DNA of 64,000 bases from Alphaproteobacteria bacterium. GTDB lineage: Bacteria; Pseudomonadota; Alphaproteobacteria; Bin95. Shown here piece after piece: positions 47,401 to 57,001 of the stretch. Numbering within the stretch: the first letter of the stretch is position 1; every line of letters begins with the position of its first letter. Under the pieces are notes generated by a model. That model did no database searches. It was not told where the DNA came from and was given only the letters and a program-made list of their open reading frames with translations. The stretch is taken from contig OY730441.1 of assembly GCA_963422665.1 (NCBI GenBank), positions 2,466,489 through 2,530,488 of the forward strand. The letters are read 5' to 3'. The translations under genes were made by a program, and so were the position numbers.

Positions 47401-48600
47401 ATGTCGATCATTGCGCCCAGGATGCGCCGCTTCAAGGCCTCCGCCAGCCAGAACGCCGCGATGCGCGCCCGCGCCATGGCCGCGGACGGTATCGATATCA
47501 TCAACCTCACCATCGGCCAGCCCGATTTCCCGCCCCCGGACCATGTGCGCGCGGCGGCCGAGAAGGCGATGGCGGCGGGCGTCGTCGGCTATACCAACCG
47601 CGACGGCATCCCCGCGCTCAAGGAGGCGGTCCGGCGCAAGTTCAGCCGCGAGAACGGCCTCGACTACGCGGCCGACGAGGTGCTGGCGACAACGGGCGCC
47701 AAGGCGGCGATCTCCTGCGCCTTCCTGGCGACGCTTGCGCCCGGCGACGAAGTGATCCTGCCCACGCCCTTCTGGGGCGCCTACGAGGACCTTGTGCGGC
47801 TTGCCGGCGGCGCGCCGGTGCCGGTTTCCTGCCCGCAGCAGAACGGCTTCCGCCTGCTACCCGAGGACCTGGAAGCCGCCATCGGCCCCCGGACGAAATG
47901 GCTCTCGCTCAACTCGCCCTCCAACCCCTCCGGCGCCGCCTATTCGGCGGCGGACCTGCGCGCGCTTGCCGCCGTGCTGGCGCGCCACGGCCATGTCCAT
48001 GTGATGGCGGACGACATCTATGAGCACCTGCTCTACACGGGCGAGCCGCTGGCCACGATGGCCAATGCGGCCCCGGAGCTGTTCTCGCGCACGCTGACGA
48101 TCAACGGCGTCTCCAAGGCCTATTCGATGACCGGCTTCCGCGTCGGCTTCGCCGGCGGCCCGCGCGACATCGTCCGGGAAATGGGGAAGCTCCAGGGCCA
48201 GCTCGTCTCCTGCCCCAATACGGTCGGGCAATATGCGGCGCTGGCGGCGCTCGACGGGCCGAAGGACATCGTCGAGGAGCGCCGGCAGGTCATGCGCGCG
48301 CGCCGCGACCTCATGGTCGCCGCGCTGAACGAGGCGGGCCTGCCCTGCCACGCGCCGGAGGGGGCGATGTATGTCTATCCCTCGGTCGCCCCGGCGATCG
48401 GCTGCCGTACGCCCGCGGGCCGGCGGCTCGACGACGACACCGCGGTCACCGACTATCTGGTCGAGGAGGCGCATGTCGCCGTGGTGCAGGGCGCCTCCTA
48501 CGGCCTCTCGCCGCATGTCCGGGTGAGCTATGCGGCCCCGCTCGACCGGCTGGAAGAGGCCGGCCGGCGCATCGCCGGCGCGATGGCGAAGCTCGCCTGA
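47401..48600 (+). CDS. PLP-dependent aminotransferase, class I (aspartate aminotransferase-like)
   Basis: INGVSKAYSMTGFRVGF PLP-lysine region; 399 aa. Confidence 0.85.
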   Translation: MSIIAPRMRRFKASASQNAAMRARAMAADGIDIINLTIGQPDFPPPDHVRAAAEKAMAAGVVGYTNRDGIPALKEAVRRKFSRENGLDYAADEVLATTGAKAAISCAFLATLAPGDEVILPTPFWGAYEDLVRLAGGAPVPVSCPQQNGFRLLPEDLEAAIGPRTKWLSLNSPSNPSGAAYSAADLRALAAVLARHGHVHVMADDIYEHLLYTGEPLATMANAAPELFSRTLTINGVSKAYSMTGFRVGFAGGPRDIVREMGKLQGQLVSCPNTVGQYAALAALDGPKDIVEERRQVMRARRDLMVAALNEAGLPCHAPEGAMYVYPSVAPAIGCRTPAGRRLDDDTAVTDYLVEEAHVAVVQGASYGLSPHVRVSYAAPLDRLEEAGRRIAGAMAKLA

Positions 48601-48640
48601 AGCCCGCCGCCCGTGTCCGCATCCCCGCCGGCGCGTCGCC

Positions 48641-49375
48641 ATGGCGCTTGACGGCGCCGCACTCGCCTTCCTGCTGGCGGGAGCGCTGGCCGGCGGCTTC
48701 GTCACAGGCCTCGCCGGCTTCGGCACGGGCCTGGCGGCGGCCGGCGTCTGGTTCCATGCGCTGGAGCCGGGGACGGTGCCACCGCTGGTGGCGCTGGTGT
48801 CGGTGGGCGGGCAACTGGTGGCGAGCCTGTTCGTGCGCCATGCCTTCGACCGGCGCCGGGCCGGGCCGTATCTGGCGGGCGGCGTCCTGGGCGTGCCGCT
48901 CGGCGTGGCGGCGCTCGCCGTCGCTTCGCCGGACACGCTCAAGCTCGCCGTCGGGCTGTTGCTGGTGGCTTACACCCTGCTCTCGATGGCGGCGCGGCTG
49001 CCCAGGCCTCCGCCCTCGCGCGCGGCCGACGCTGCGGTCGGGCTCGGCGGCGGCGTGCTCGGCGGCTTTGCGGGCCTCTCGGGGCCGCTGCCGGTGATCT
49101 GGCTGCGGCTCCGGGGCGGCGGCGCGGATGCCCAGCGCGCCGTCTATCAGCCCTTCAACCTCGTGGTGCTGGCGCTCGCCGCCGCCGCGATGGCCGTGTC
49201 GGGCGCAATGGACATGGCCGCGCTCGAAGCCGCCGCGCTCTGCCTCCCCGTCGCGCTCGCCGCCGCCGGGGCCGGCGCCCGCCTCTACCGCCGCATCGAC
49301 GCCCTGCTGTTCCAGCGCATCGTCACCGCCCTCCTCTGCCTCTCCGGCCTCGTGCTGATCGCGGAGGCGGTATAG
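48641..49375 (+). CDS. TauE/SafE (DUF81) family anion exporter
   Basis: 244 aa, ~7 TM, internally repeated GFVTGLAGFGTG / GGFAGLSG motifs. Confidence 0.7.
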   Translation: MALDGAALAFLLAGALAGGFVTGLAGFGTGLAAAGVWFHALEPGTVPPLVALVSVGGQLVASLFVRHAFDRRRAGPYLAGGVLGVPLGVAALAVASPDTLKLAVGLLLVAYTLLSMAARLPRPPPSRAADAAVGLGGGVLGGFAGLSGPLPVIWLRLRGGGADAQRAVYQPFNLVVLALAAAAMAVSGAMDMAALEAAALCLPVALAAAGAGARLYRRIDALLFQRIVTALLCLSGLVLIAEAV

Positions 49376-49389
49376 GGGGCTGGCATTTC

Positions 49390-49687
49390 TATCGAGAGAA
49401 TGGGAGATCGACGCCTCGTCGCATAGACGTTGCGTCGATGGCCGATCCTCAGCACAAGAATCGTCATGCTGTCGTCGTCAATCTCGACGACGATGCGGTA
49501 ATTGCCCGTGCGATATCTCCAATAACCTCCGAGCCTTGCGCCTCTCAAAGCGGCTCCGGTGCTTCGCGGGTTGTCGAGCGCCGTTAGGCAACGGTGCAGA
49601 AATAAGGAGGATACGGCGCGCTGTCTGTGGATCGAGTCTGTCGAGGTCGCATTCCGCCGCGCTGTCGAGCTCAATCCTCCAGTCCAT
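49390..49687 (-). pseudogene. parE: parE/relE-family toxin, frameshifted
   Basis: N-terminus MDWRIELDSAAECDLDRLDPQTARRIL in one frame (ORF 49478..49687), C-terminal GAALRGARLGGYWRYRTGNYRIVVEIDDDSMTILVLRIGHRRNVY in another (ORF 49285..49815). Confidence 0.55.
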
Positions 49688-49895
49688 ACCGCCTCATCAC
49701 GTCCTCCAGCGGGACGGACTGCGACCGGCCGGTCCTGTTGTCGGCCAAACGCTGCTCGGCGATGCGAAGGTCTTCCATATCGTCGAGATATTCGAGGATG
49801 GCGTCGCGGGCGCAAGCGGCTTTTGTGCGGCCAACGGCCTTTGCCAAAGCGTCAAGGCGGGCTTCCGCGTCCGGAGGCAGCTCAATTGCCAGCAC
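49671..49895 (-). CDS. parD: ParD/RelB-type (RHH) antitoxin
   Basis: 74 aa; ...RTGRSQSVPLEDVMRRYGLED; overlaps toxin start by 17 nt. Confidence 0.65.
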   Translation of the reverse strand: MLAIELPPDAEARLDALAKAVGRTKAACARDAILEYLDDMEDLRIAEQRLADNRTGRSQSVPLEDVMRRYGLED

Positions 49896-50021
49896 GGGTC
49901 GATCCTCCAGTCTTTCAGTGCTCGCGACTATAGCGCAAACGGTCCCTCCGTTTCACCGCCTGCGCGCGACGATTGTGGAGGATGCGCCGGTGCTTCATCC
50001 TGCCGCGCGGGGTTTGCCCGG

Positions 50022-50804
50022 TCAGAGGATGGCGGCGAGTTCCTCTTCGAGGTCGGCCATCTCGGCGCCGCCCGCCATCAGCCGGCGGATGTCCTCGCCG
50101 CCGAGTTCGTCCGCCACGCCGCTCCCGATGACCCGACCGAGGCTGAGGAACGTGTAGCGGTCGGCCACGAGCTGCGCATGGATCTCGTTGTGGGTGATGA
50201 GGATGATTGCGATGTCGCCGCGTCGCCGCACCCTCCTGATGGTCTTCAGCACCTCAAGCTGCTGCTTCTGTCCCAGAGCGGAGGTCGGCTCGTCCAGGAT
50301 CAATACGCGGGCCCCGAAATAGATGGCGCGGGCGATGGCGAGAGTCTGCTTCTGGCCGCCGGACATCGTGCCGACCGCCTGCTCGGGGTCGGCGATGTCG
50401 ATGCCGATCCTGGCCATCTCCTCGCGCGTGATCCGGTTCATGTCCCCCGTCTGCATAATGCCGAACGGCCGCGCTCCCCTGGTGATCTCGCGGCCCATGA
50501 AGAAGTTGCGGGTCGCCGAGGCAAGCGCATTGAGTGCGAGATCCTGGTACACGGTGCCGATCCCCGCATCCGACGCCGCCAGCGGATTGCGGAAGGAGAC
50601 GGGCGCCCCGTCGACATAGATGCGGCCCGAGGTCGGCTGGTGTACGCCGGCGAGAATCTTGATGAGGGTCGATTTGCCGGCCCCGTTGTCGCCGAGGAGG
50701 GCATGCACCTCCCCGGGATAGGCCTCCATGGAGACGCCGTCCAGAGCGGTGAAATTTCCGAAACGCTTGACGATGTCCTCGAGGCGGATGAGCGGCTGGA
50801 TCAT
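50022..50804 (-). CDS. Sugar ABC transporter ATP-binding protein
   Basis: Walker A GDNGAGKST; signature MSGGQKQ; Walker B ILILDEPTSAL. Confidence 0.85.
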   Translation of the reverse strand: MIQPLIRLEDIVKRFGNFTALDGVSMEAYPGEVHALLGDNGAGKSTLIKILAGVHQPTSGRIYVDGAPVSFRNPLAASDAGIGTVYQDLALNALASATRNFFMGREITRGARPFGIMQTGDMNRITREEMARIGIDIADPEQAVGTMSGGQKQTLAIARAIYFGARVLILDEPTSALGQKQQLEVLKTIRRVRRRGDIAIILITHNEIHAQLVADRYTFLSLGRVIGSGVADELGGEDIRRLMAGGAEMADLEEELAAIL

Positions 50805-50805
50805 G

Positions 50806-51966
50806 TCATATCCCTCCGGTGAACCGCTTTCGGATCGTCTCGTTGCTGAGGGCGGCGATGAGCAGCACCGTTCCGAGGAACGTCCGGTAGTACGAGCCGT
50901 CGATCCACGAGATGTAGAATACGGAGTTCTGCACGAGCCCGAAGATGACGGCTCCGAACACGACGCCGACAATGGACCCGAAGCCGCCGGACAGGATCAC
51001 GCCGCCCACCACGGAGGCGGCGATCGCCTCGAGTTCCTTGAGATTCCCCTTTGCGGCGTCCGCCGTATTTGTGTCGAACACTTGGGTGGCGGCGAAAATC
51101 GTGGCGCAGAACGCGGTGAACATGAACAGCGACACCTTCACCTTGTCGGTCGGAACGCCGTTCGCCCTGGCCGCTTCCTCGTTCCCGCCGGTCGCATAGA
51201 TCCAGTTCCCGGCCTGGGTGCGAGAGAGTACGAACCACGCGACGCCGGCGATTGCGATCCACCACGCCACCTTGGCGTCGAAGCCGGTCACCCACTGGTC
51301 TCCTGCGCGGTTGTAGTTGAGGCCGAGCCAGAAGAGCACATCGTAGAACCACTGGAACGCCTCGCCCCCGAAGAGGGCGGCGACCGGGTCGGTCTGCTTG
51401 AAGTCCGCAAGACCCGAAACCTGCGTGGAGCCGTTGAAGGTCCGGAAGCACACCTCCGTCGCCCCGCGCAGGATGAACAGGAACGACAGGGTGACGATGA
51501 AGGAGGAGAGCCGGGTCCTCACGACGATGATCCCGATAAGCCAGCCGATCGAGAGAGTGATGCAAAGGGTGATGAGAAGCGTGGCGAGCGGCGACGCCGG
51601 CCCGAGCCCGAACGGCAGCCCCCACTTCAACATGATCGCCATGGACATGCCGGCGAAGCCGATCATCGAGCCGATCGAGAGGTCGAATTCCCCCGCGATC
51701 ATGAGCATGCACGCTCCGGTGGCGATGATCCCGAGCTGGGCGATGATGGAGAGGTTGTTCTTGATTCCCAGCGGGTTGTACACGACGTCGCCCGCCACGA
51801 CGGCGAGGAAGACGAGCAGCGCGACCATGCCCGAGAACGCCCCGATCTCGGGACGGTGGACCAGACGGGAGAACCGCCCGGCGTGCTTCAGGCGATCCGC
51901 TTCCTGTCGCTGGCTCGTGCTCGCGTCTTCGGTCGCGGCGGGTTCCATCCCGAGGTCTCCCTCCAA
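50806..51966 (-). CDS. Sugar ABC transporter permease (RbsC/branched-chain family)
   Basis: ~10 TM; stop overlaps ATPase start. Confidence 0.8.
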   Translation of the reverse strand: MEGDLGMEPAATEDASTSQRQEADRLKHAGRFSRLVHRPEIGAFSGMVALLVFLAVVAGDVVYNPLGIKNNLSIIAQLGIIATGACMLMIAGEFDLSIGSMIGFAGMSMAIMLKWGLPFGLGPASPLATLLITLCITLSIGWLIGIIVVRTRLSSFIVTLSFLFILRGATEVCFRTFNGSTQVSGLADFKQTDPVAALFGGEAFQWFYDVLFWLGLNYNRAGDQWVTGFDAKVAWWIAIAGVAWFVLSRTQAGNWIYATGGNEEAARANGVPTDKVKVSLFMFTAFCATIFAATQVFDTNTADAAKGNLKELEAIAASVVGGVILSGGFGSIVGVVFGAVIFGLVQNSVFYISWIDGSYYRTFLGTVLLIAALSNETIRKRFTGGI

Positions 51967-52060
51967 AGCCGTTTGTCGATGCCGCCGCGGACCGGCCCGT
52001 ATCCGGGCAGGGCCGGTCCGCGGTTCTTGACTTCGGGAGCGAGCTGTCGAACGCCCGCGA

Positions 52061-52981
52061 TCAGCGGTTCACGCCAGCCTGAGCCGCGACTCCGGCGGCG
52101 TTGGAGGCATCGACGAAGCCGGGGCCCGACGGGATGTTCGCGCCCGGGAGCAGCCCCGCATTCTGATTGTAGAGGTGCAGCACGACGATCGGCATGTAGC
52201 CCTGCAGCCGCTGCTGCTGGTCGACGGTGAACGCGACCTCTCCCGCCTGGATGAGATTGATCACTTCGGGCGACAGGTCGAAGCAGGAGAGGTGAACTTT
52301 CGCGCCGACTTCCTTCACCGCCGCCGCGGCCGCTACGCAGACATGCGGCCCCACCGCAAGCAGCGCATCGATTTCCCCATCCGTCTGGAGGGCCGCTGCC
52401 GTGCGAGTCTTGATCTGCGCGACGTCGTTCGACACGTCGATCATGTTGAGTTCCATCCCCATCGACTCGAAATACCCGGCGCAGCGGTCGACGAGCGCGG
52501 TGTTGAAAGACTCCTGGTTGAGGCAAAGCCCCTTGGTCGCACCTTCCGCCCTGGCCCGCTCGCCGGCCCTCTCACCGGCAAGCCGCTCCGGCTGCCCGAC
52601 ATGCATGAGGGCCCCGACTGCGGCGGACGACTCCAGCCCCGAGTTCATGGTGACAACCGGGATTCCCGAGTCCGCCGCAGCCTTGATGGCGCCGCCCAGC
52701 GCGTCCGCGTCCGGCAGGGAAACCACGATACCGTCCGGCTGGGTCGCCGCGGCGGCTTCGATGAGTCGAGCCATATCGGCCATGTCCCCGGACGGCGCGA
52801 AATTGTATTCGAACTCCGCCCCTACCGCCTTTGCGGCGTCTTCTCCGCCCTTCTGGACAACGGGCCAGAAGGGATCGGTGCCCTGGGTATGGGTGATCAT
52901 GACAAACCGCTCGGCGCTCGTCGCGCCGGCCGCGAGCACGGCCGCAATCGATGCCGCTGCGAATACGACTGCCTTCTTCAT
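52061..52981 (-). CDS. Periplasmic sugar-binding protein (RbsB-like)
   Basis: signal peptide MKKAVVFAAASIAAVLAAGATSA; type I periplasmic-binding fold features. Confidence 0.8.
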   Translation of the reverse strand: MKKAVVFAAASIAAVLAAGATSAERFVMITHTQGTDPFWPVVQKGGEDAAKAVGAEFEYNFAPSGDMADMARLIEAAAATQPDGIVVSLPDADALGGAIKAAADSGIPVVTMNSGLESSAAVGALMHVGQPERLAGERAGERARAEGATKGLCLNQESFNTALVDRCAGYFESMGMELNMIDVSNDVAQIKTRTAAALQTDGEIDALLAVGPHVCVAAAAAVKEVGAKVHLSCFDLSPEVINLIQAGEVAFTVDQQQRLQGYMPIVVLHLYNQNAGLLPGANIPSGPGFVDASNAAGVAAQAGVNR

Positions 52982-53195
52982 GGTTTTGTCTCCTCGACAA
53001 CTGCTTGTGGGGTGCTGCGCCGCCAAACCGCCGGAGTTGACCTGAAACGGACGCGCGGATGCAACCCCCCAATTCCGTTACTATGGCAGGCAGGGATGCG
53101 CAACGCCCCCCGGGGGGCGATCTCCCGCCGCGGTCTCGTCCAGCGCCTCTTGCTGCGGCAACTCGGGATGTTGGGCCGGTAGCGCCGGCCTCTTC

Positions 53196-53768
53196 TCACT
53201 GCTTGCGCGCCACCACATGGAAGATGTGCCAGTGTTTCATCCTGCCGCGCGGGGTTTCGGCGTCGTCTTCCTCTTCGTCGAAGCGTTCGATCTCGAAGGG
53301 GGCGAGGAGGGTGCGCAGTTCGTCTTCCGGAATGTGGGTGATGCCCGGGTTGCCGGCCCAGCCGTCGCGGGGGCCGAGGAAATGGCCGGCAAAGCGCCCG
53401 CCGGGAAGGACGGCCGCCACGATACGGCTCCAGAAGGCGGGGAAGGCGTCCGGGCGGCAGAAGGGCAGGCAGAAGCTCGCATTCACGAGGTCGGCGTCGG
53501 GCAGTCCGGCGGTCTCGAACGGCTCCAGCCGGACCTCCAGCCGGGGATGGCGCGGCAGCGCCAGCACCGCCGGCTCCCTGTCGATGCCGACCACCCGCCA
53601 GCCCCGCGCCAGCAGCGCCGCCGCATCGCGCCCGCCGCCGATGCCGAGATCGACGGCGAGCCCCGTCCGCCCGCCGAAGCGCGCCAGCGCGTCGAGCAAG
53701 GTCGGGCGCGGCGGCCGGCCGCGGGTCTTCGCGTAGTAGTCGCTCCAGCTCATCCCGCCTTCGGCCAT
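53196..53768 (-). CDS. Small class I SAM-dependent methyltransferase
   Basis: motif I LAVDLGIGGGRDAAALLARG; 190 aa. Confidence 0.65.
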   Translation of the reverse strand: MAEGGMSWSDYYAKTRGRPPRPTLLDALARFGGRTGLAVDLGIGGGRDAAALLARGWRVVGIDREPAVLALPRHPRLEVRLEPFETAGLPDADLVNASFCLPFCRPDAFPAFWSRIVAAVLPGGRFAGHFLGPRDGWAGNPGITHIPEDELRTLLAPFEIERFDEEEDDAETPRGRMKHWHIFHVVARKQ

Positions 53769-53812
53769 GGCCCCGCTTCCGCTCCCCGCCGCCCGCTTCT
53801 ATACTCCATCCC

Positions 53813-54352
53813 ATGCTTTACATGGTGGAATGCGGCTTCAGGGACCCCGCGCGCGAGGCGGCCTGGTCGGAATGGTACAGCGGGCCGAAACTCGCTTCGC
53901 TGCTGGCGCTTCCCGGATTCGAGGCCTCGCAGCGTTTCCGCGCCCTGGACGACAGGCCCGCGCCCTGGCTGGCGGCGCATACCGTGCCCGGGGCGGAATT
54001 CTTCGACCGAACGAGCTATCGCGGCGCGGGCGGCGGCGGCTTCGGGGCGTGGCAGGCGGACATAATCGACTGGTCGCGCAATTTGTTCGACGGCCTCGAC
54101 ACGTTGCCGGAAGTGCCGGAGGACGATTATTTACTCACAGTCGATTCGGCGGACGGGCCGTTGGACTGCCCCGGTTTCGAGCTCTCCTGGCTCCGCAGCA
54201 CCAGCCTCGACCGCACTGTCGCCTGGCGCGGCTGGGCCATTGCCGGGGCGCCCGACCGGCCGCCCGGCGGGCGCGCCTGGCGCCCGGTAACGCCGCGCCT
54301 CGCCGGGGCCCGAGCCGCCAGCGGAAGGAAAGACCCATGGGCAAGATGCTGA
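53813..54352 (+). CDS. Hypothetical protein
   Basis: 179 aa ORF divergent from the methyltransferase; ordinary composition. Confidence 0.3.
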   Translation: MLYMVECGFRDPAREAAWSEWYSGPKLASLLALPGFEASQRFRALDDRPAPWLAAHTVPGAEFFDRTSYRGAGGGGFGAWQADIIDWSRNLFDGLDTLPEVPEDDYLLTVDSADGPLDCPGFELSWLRSTSLDRTVAWRGWAIAGAPDRPPGGRAWRPVTPRLAGARAASGRKDPWARC

Positions 54353-55170
54353 CCGAGGCCCAGACGGACGCCTATGCGCGCGATGGCTACCTGTCGCCGC
54401 TCAGCGCCTTCTCCGCCGCCGAGGCGCGCCGATACCGCGACGCGCTGGAGGCCTATGAGGCCGGAACGGGCGATGCCATCAACTCCAACATGCGCCACAA
54501 GGTCCACCTGCTGTTCCGCTGGGCGGACGAGATCGTCCACCACCCGCGCATCCTGGATGCCGTGGAGGACCTGCTGGGGCCGGATCTGCTTTGCTGGACG
54601 ACCAATTTCTTCATCAAGGAGGCGCGCGACCCGGCCTTCGTTTCCTGGCACCAGGACTCGACCTATTGGGGACTCGATCCCCACGATGTCGCCACCGCTT
54701 GGGTGGCGCTCTCCGACGCGCCGTTGGAGAGCGGCCCGATGCGCTTCCTGCCGGGCTCGCACAAGCTGGACCAGATCGCCCATCGCGACAGCTTCGCCGA
54801 GGATAATCTGCTGACCCGCGGGCAGGAGATCGAGATGGAGGTGGACGAGGCGCTGGCCGTCGATGCGCCGCTCCGGGCGGGCGAGTTCTCGCTGCACCAT
54901 ATCCGCCTGGTCCACGGCTCGAAGCCGAACAGGCTGCCGGACCGGCGCATCGGCCTCGCGGTCCGCTATATCCCGACCTGTGTGCGCCAGGTGAAACTGG
55001 ACGACTCCGCGACCCTGGTGCGCGGCGAGGACCGCTACGGGCATTTCGAGCTCGAACCCCGGCCCGCGGCCGACCTCGACGCCGGAGCCTGTGCAGCCCA
55101 TGCAGCGGCGATGCAGCGCATGCTGGGGGCAGTCTATTCCGGCACGGATGCGACCGAGGCGAGGCGGTGA
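54337..55170 (+). CDS. Phytanoyl-CoA dioxygenase (PhyH) family Fe(II)/2-oxoglutarate oxygenase
   Basis: WHQDSTYWGLDP ... AWVALSDA ... HHIRLVHGSKPN; GGAAGGAAAG RBS before ATG. Confidence 0.8.
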   Translation: MGKMLTEAQTDAYARDGYLSPLSAFSAAEARRYRDALEAYEAGTGDAINSNMRHKVHLLFRWADEIVHHPRILDAVEDLLGPDLLCWTTNFFIKEARDPAFVSWHQDSTYWGLDPHDVATAWVALSDAPLESGPMRFLPGSHKLDQIAHRDSFAEDNLLTRGQEIEMEVDEALAVDAPLRAGEFSLHHIRLVHGSKPNRLPDRRIGLAVRYIPTCVRQVKLDDSATLVRGEDRYGHFELEPRPAADLDAGACAAHAAAMQRMLGAVYSGTDATEARR

Positions 55171-55976
55171 GCGCGGCCGAGATCGTCGTTTCGCACTGCC
55201 GTCCGACCGAGGGAGGCGTCGCCGTCCGCACCCATCTCTGGCGGCCGGCGGCATGGCGGCCATCGGATCCGGTGCTCATCGTGCTGCACGGCTACCGGCG
55301 CAATGCCGCCGACTACCGCGATGTGTGGGCGGAGCATGCCGAACGCCACCGCGTGCTCGTCGCCGCGCCGGAGTTCGACCGCAATCAGTTCCCCGGCCCG
55401 CGCGAATACGAGGTGTGCAATATGCGCACGCCCGACCGGCGCGCCTTCCTGCCGCAAGCGGACTGGAGCTTCGCCGTCGTCGAGAGCGTGTTCGACGCCA
55501 CCTGCGCCTGGAGCGGCGCCGAGGCCGAACGCTACTACCTTTACGGCCATTCCGCCGGTGGGCAGTTCGTCCACCGCATGGCGCTGTTCCAGCCGGACGC
55601 GCGCATCCGGGTCGCCGTCGCCGCCAATGCCGGCGCCTACACCGTGCCGCGCGAGGAGGAGCGCTATCCATACGGCCTCTCGGGCTTCCGGATGGGCGAC
55701 GAGGCGCTCGCCGCCGCCTTCTCCGTCCGGCTTACGGTGCTGCTCGGCGAGAACGACACGGTGACGGACGCGCCGGTGCTGCTGAAGTCGCCCGAAGCGA
55801 TGGCGCAGGGGCCGCACCGCCTGGCGCGCGGCCGGTATTTCCATGCGGCGGGGCAGGACATGGCGCGCCTGCTGCCGGCGCCCTTCGCCTGGGAGATGCA
55901 CACCGCCCCCGGCGTCGGCCACGACAATGCGGGCATGGCTCGGCGCGCGGCCGAATTGCTGTTCGGGACGCCATGA
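55167..55976 (+). CDS. Alpha/beta hydrolase (esterase)
   Basis: nucleophile elbow GHSAGG; GTGA overlap with PhyH gene. Confidence 0.7.
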   Translation: MSAAEIVVSHCRPTEGGVAVRTHLWRPAAWRPSDPVLIVLHGYRRNAADYRDVWAEHAERHRVLVAAPEFDRNQFPGPREYEVCNMRTPDRRAFLPQADWSFAVVESVFDATCAWSGAEAERYYLYGHSAGGQFVHRMALFQPDARIRVAVAANAGAYTVPREEERYPYGLSGFRMGDEALAAAFSVRLTVLLGENDTVTDAPVLLKSPEAMAQGPHRLARGRYFHAAGQDMARLLPAPFAWEMHTAPGVGHDNAGMARRAAELLFGTP

Positions 55977-57001
55977 CGACGCGCGCCGACTGCCTCGCGC
56001 TCGATGCCGGCGACCCGCTGGCCTGTCTGCGCGAGGAGTTCCTGCTGCCTGCCGGGACGCTTCGCTTCGACAGCGACCGCCTCGGGCCGCTCACGCGCGG
56101 GGTCCGGTCGCGGCTCGACGGCTTCCTGCGCGTCGAATGGGGCGCCGATTTCTCGGATGGCGGGCATCTGTCAGAGGCAACGGCCGGGAAACTGGCGCCG
56201 CTGCTGGGAACCCGGCCCGGCTCGCTGGGCTTTGCCGCCACCGCGGGCGCTGCAATCGAAACGCTGGCCGACGCGGCCTGCGCTTCCGGCCGCAATCGCG
56301 TTGTTGTCGCGCCCGGGGAATACGCTGCCCTGCCGGCCCGGTTCGCGGCGAAGGGCCTGACCGTCACAGTGACCGAGGCCCCCGAGACGCAGCTCGACCG
56401 GGATGCGCTGCTGGTGCTGCGCCATCTCGATCCGGCGACGGGCGCGCTTCGGGACATGGCAGCCCTCGCCGCAGGGGCGCGCGAAGCCGGCGCTCTTGCA
56501 GCCTTCGACTTCTCCGAAACGGCGGGCGCATTGCCGGCCGCGCTGGAGTCGTCCGGCGTCGAAGCGGCGGTCGGGCGCGGCTGCGGTTTTCTTTGCGGCG
56601 GACCCGGCGCGCCCGCATGGATTCACGCGACCGGTGAATTCGGCAAGGCCTTGGAAACGATGCCGGCGCCTTCCGCGCTTTCACTCGCTGCGCTGAACGG
56701 CGCGCTCGACATGTTCGCAGGCGTCGATATCGCAGCGGCAGGCTGGAAGGCGCGCACGCTTGCCGCGCTCTTCCTGGGCGCGCTCGGCCAAGCCGACCCG
56801 TTGCCGCCCGCCCGGCGCGGCGCGCATGTCGTGCTGGAGCGCCCGGGCGCGGAGGGCCTGGCGGCAGCGCTGGCAGCGGACGGCGTCCTTGCGCACGCGC
56901 TCCCGCCCGCCCTGATTTCCTTCGCCTTCTGCCCGTTCACGCTGCGCCATGTCGATGCCTGGGACGCGGCGGAGGCCGTCAAGGCCCGTCAGGACGGCTG
57001 A
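55973..57001 (+). CDS. Kynureninase-like / class V aminotransferase-fold protein (divergent)
   Basis: N-terminus CLALDAGDPLACLREEFLLPAGTLRFDSDRLGP resembles the kynureninase N-terminus; ATGA overlap with the hydrolase gene. Confidence 0.45.
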   Translation: MTTRADCLALDAGDPLACLREEFLLPAGTLRFDSDRLGPLTRGVRSRLDGFLRVEWGADFSDGGHLSEATAGKLAPLLGTRPGSLGFAATAGAAIETLADAACASGRNRVVVAPGEYAALPARFAAKGLTVTVTEAPETQLDRDALLVLRHLDPATGALRDMAALAAGAREAGALAAFDFSETAGALPAALESSGVEAAVGRGCGFLCGGPGAPAWIHATGEFGKALETMPAPSALSLAALNGALDMFAGVDIAAAGWKARTLAALFLGALGQADPLPPARRGAHVVLERPGAEGLAAALAADGVLAHALPPALISFAFCPFTLRHVDAWDAAEAVKARQDG

